Shown piece after piece: positions 7,947 through 8,004 of a stretch of 8,004 nucleotides of DNA. Below the pieces are notes generated by a model. It saw only the letters and a list, made by a program, of their open reading frames with translations. It was not told where the DNA came from and searched no databases. This DNA comes from Geosiphon pyriformis uo1. Taxonomy: Eukaryota; Fungi; Glomeromycota. A program made the position numbers and the translations under genes. The first letter of the stretch is position 1, and every line of letters starts with the position of its first letter. Location of the stretch: positions 1 to 8,004 of the forward strand of contig JAAOMT010000090.1 of NCBI GenBank assembly GCA_016748015.1. Direction: 5' to 3'.

Positions 7947-8004
<58 letters not shown>
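7947..8004. repeat. 3' terminal poly-C tract (58 C), probably truncated at the window/contig edge
   Basis: Directly visible uninterrupted C run to the last base. Confidence 0.98.

Noticed and set aside
1-8004. Telomere-capped linear chromosome or terminal inverted repeats
   Set aside because: Both ends are C-rich on the same strand, whereas telomeres or TIRs would give a G-rich 3' end; no telomeric repeat arrays.
7947-8004. Two-colour Illumina poly-G artefact
   Set aside because: That artefact gives G at a contig 3' end or C at a 5' end. It could contribute to 1-21 but does not simply explain a 3' poly-C, and many internal C-runs show the tracts are native.

Overview
No conventional gene, RNA gene, transposon or CRISPR array is recognisable in this 8 kb window. 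All standard-code ORFs are short (135 aa or less) and resemble no family I can name. The DNA is nonetheless clearly non-random. Poly-C tracts lie on the same strand at both ends. Strand skew switches sharply near 2373 and near 6970. GGATCC/GGTACC/GTATAC/AGTACT palindromes are far over-represented, CpG is depleted, and one CpG-rich structured island sits at 6061-6310. My best but unproven interpretation is divergent eukaryotic (or eukaryote-associated element) DNA read with a code in which TAA/TAG/TGA are sense codons (probably Gln/Gln/Trp). Support: the four minus-strand ORFs in the two G/T-rich blocks share one frame, the surviving CpGs there fall mostly in Arg (CGN) position of that frame, and an in-frame repeat places TGA opposite TGG. 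Non-coding organellar or eukaryotic DNA, or a decayed pseudogene, remain real alternatives. All counts are hand tallies.
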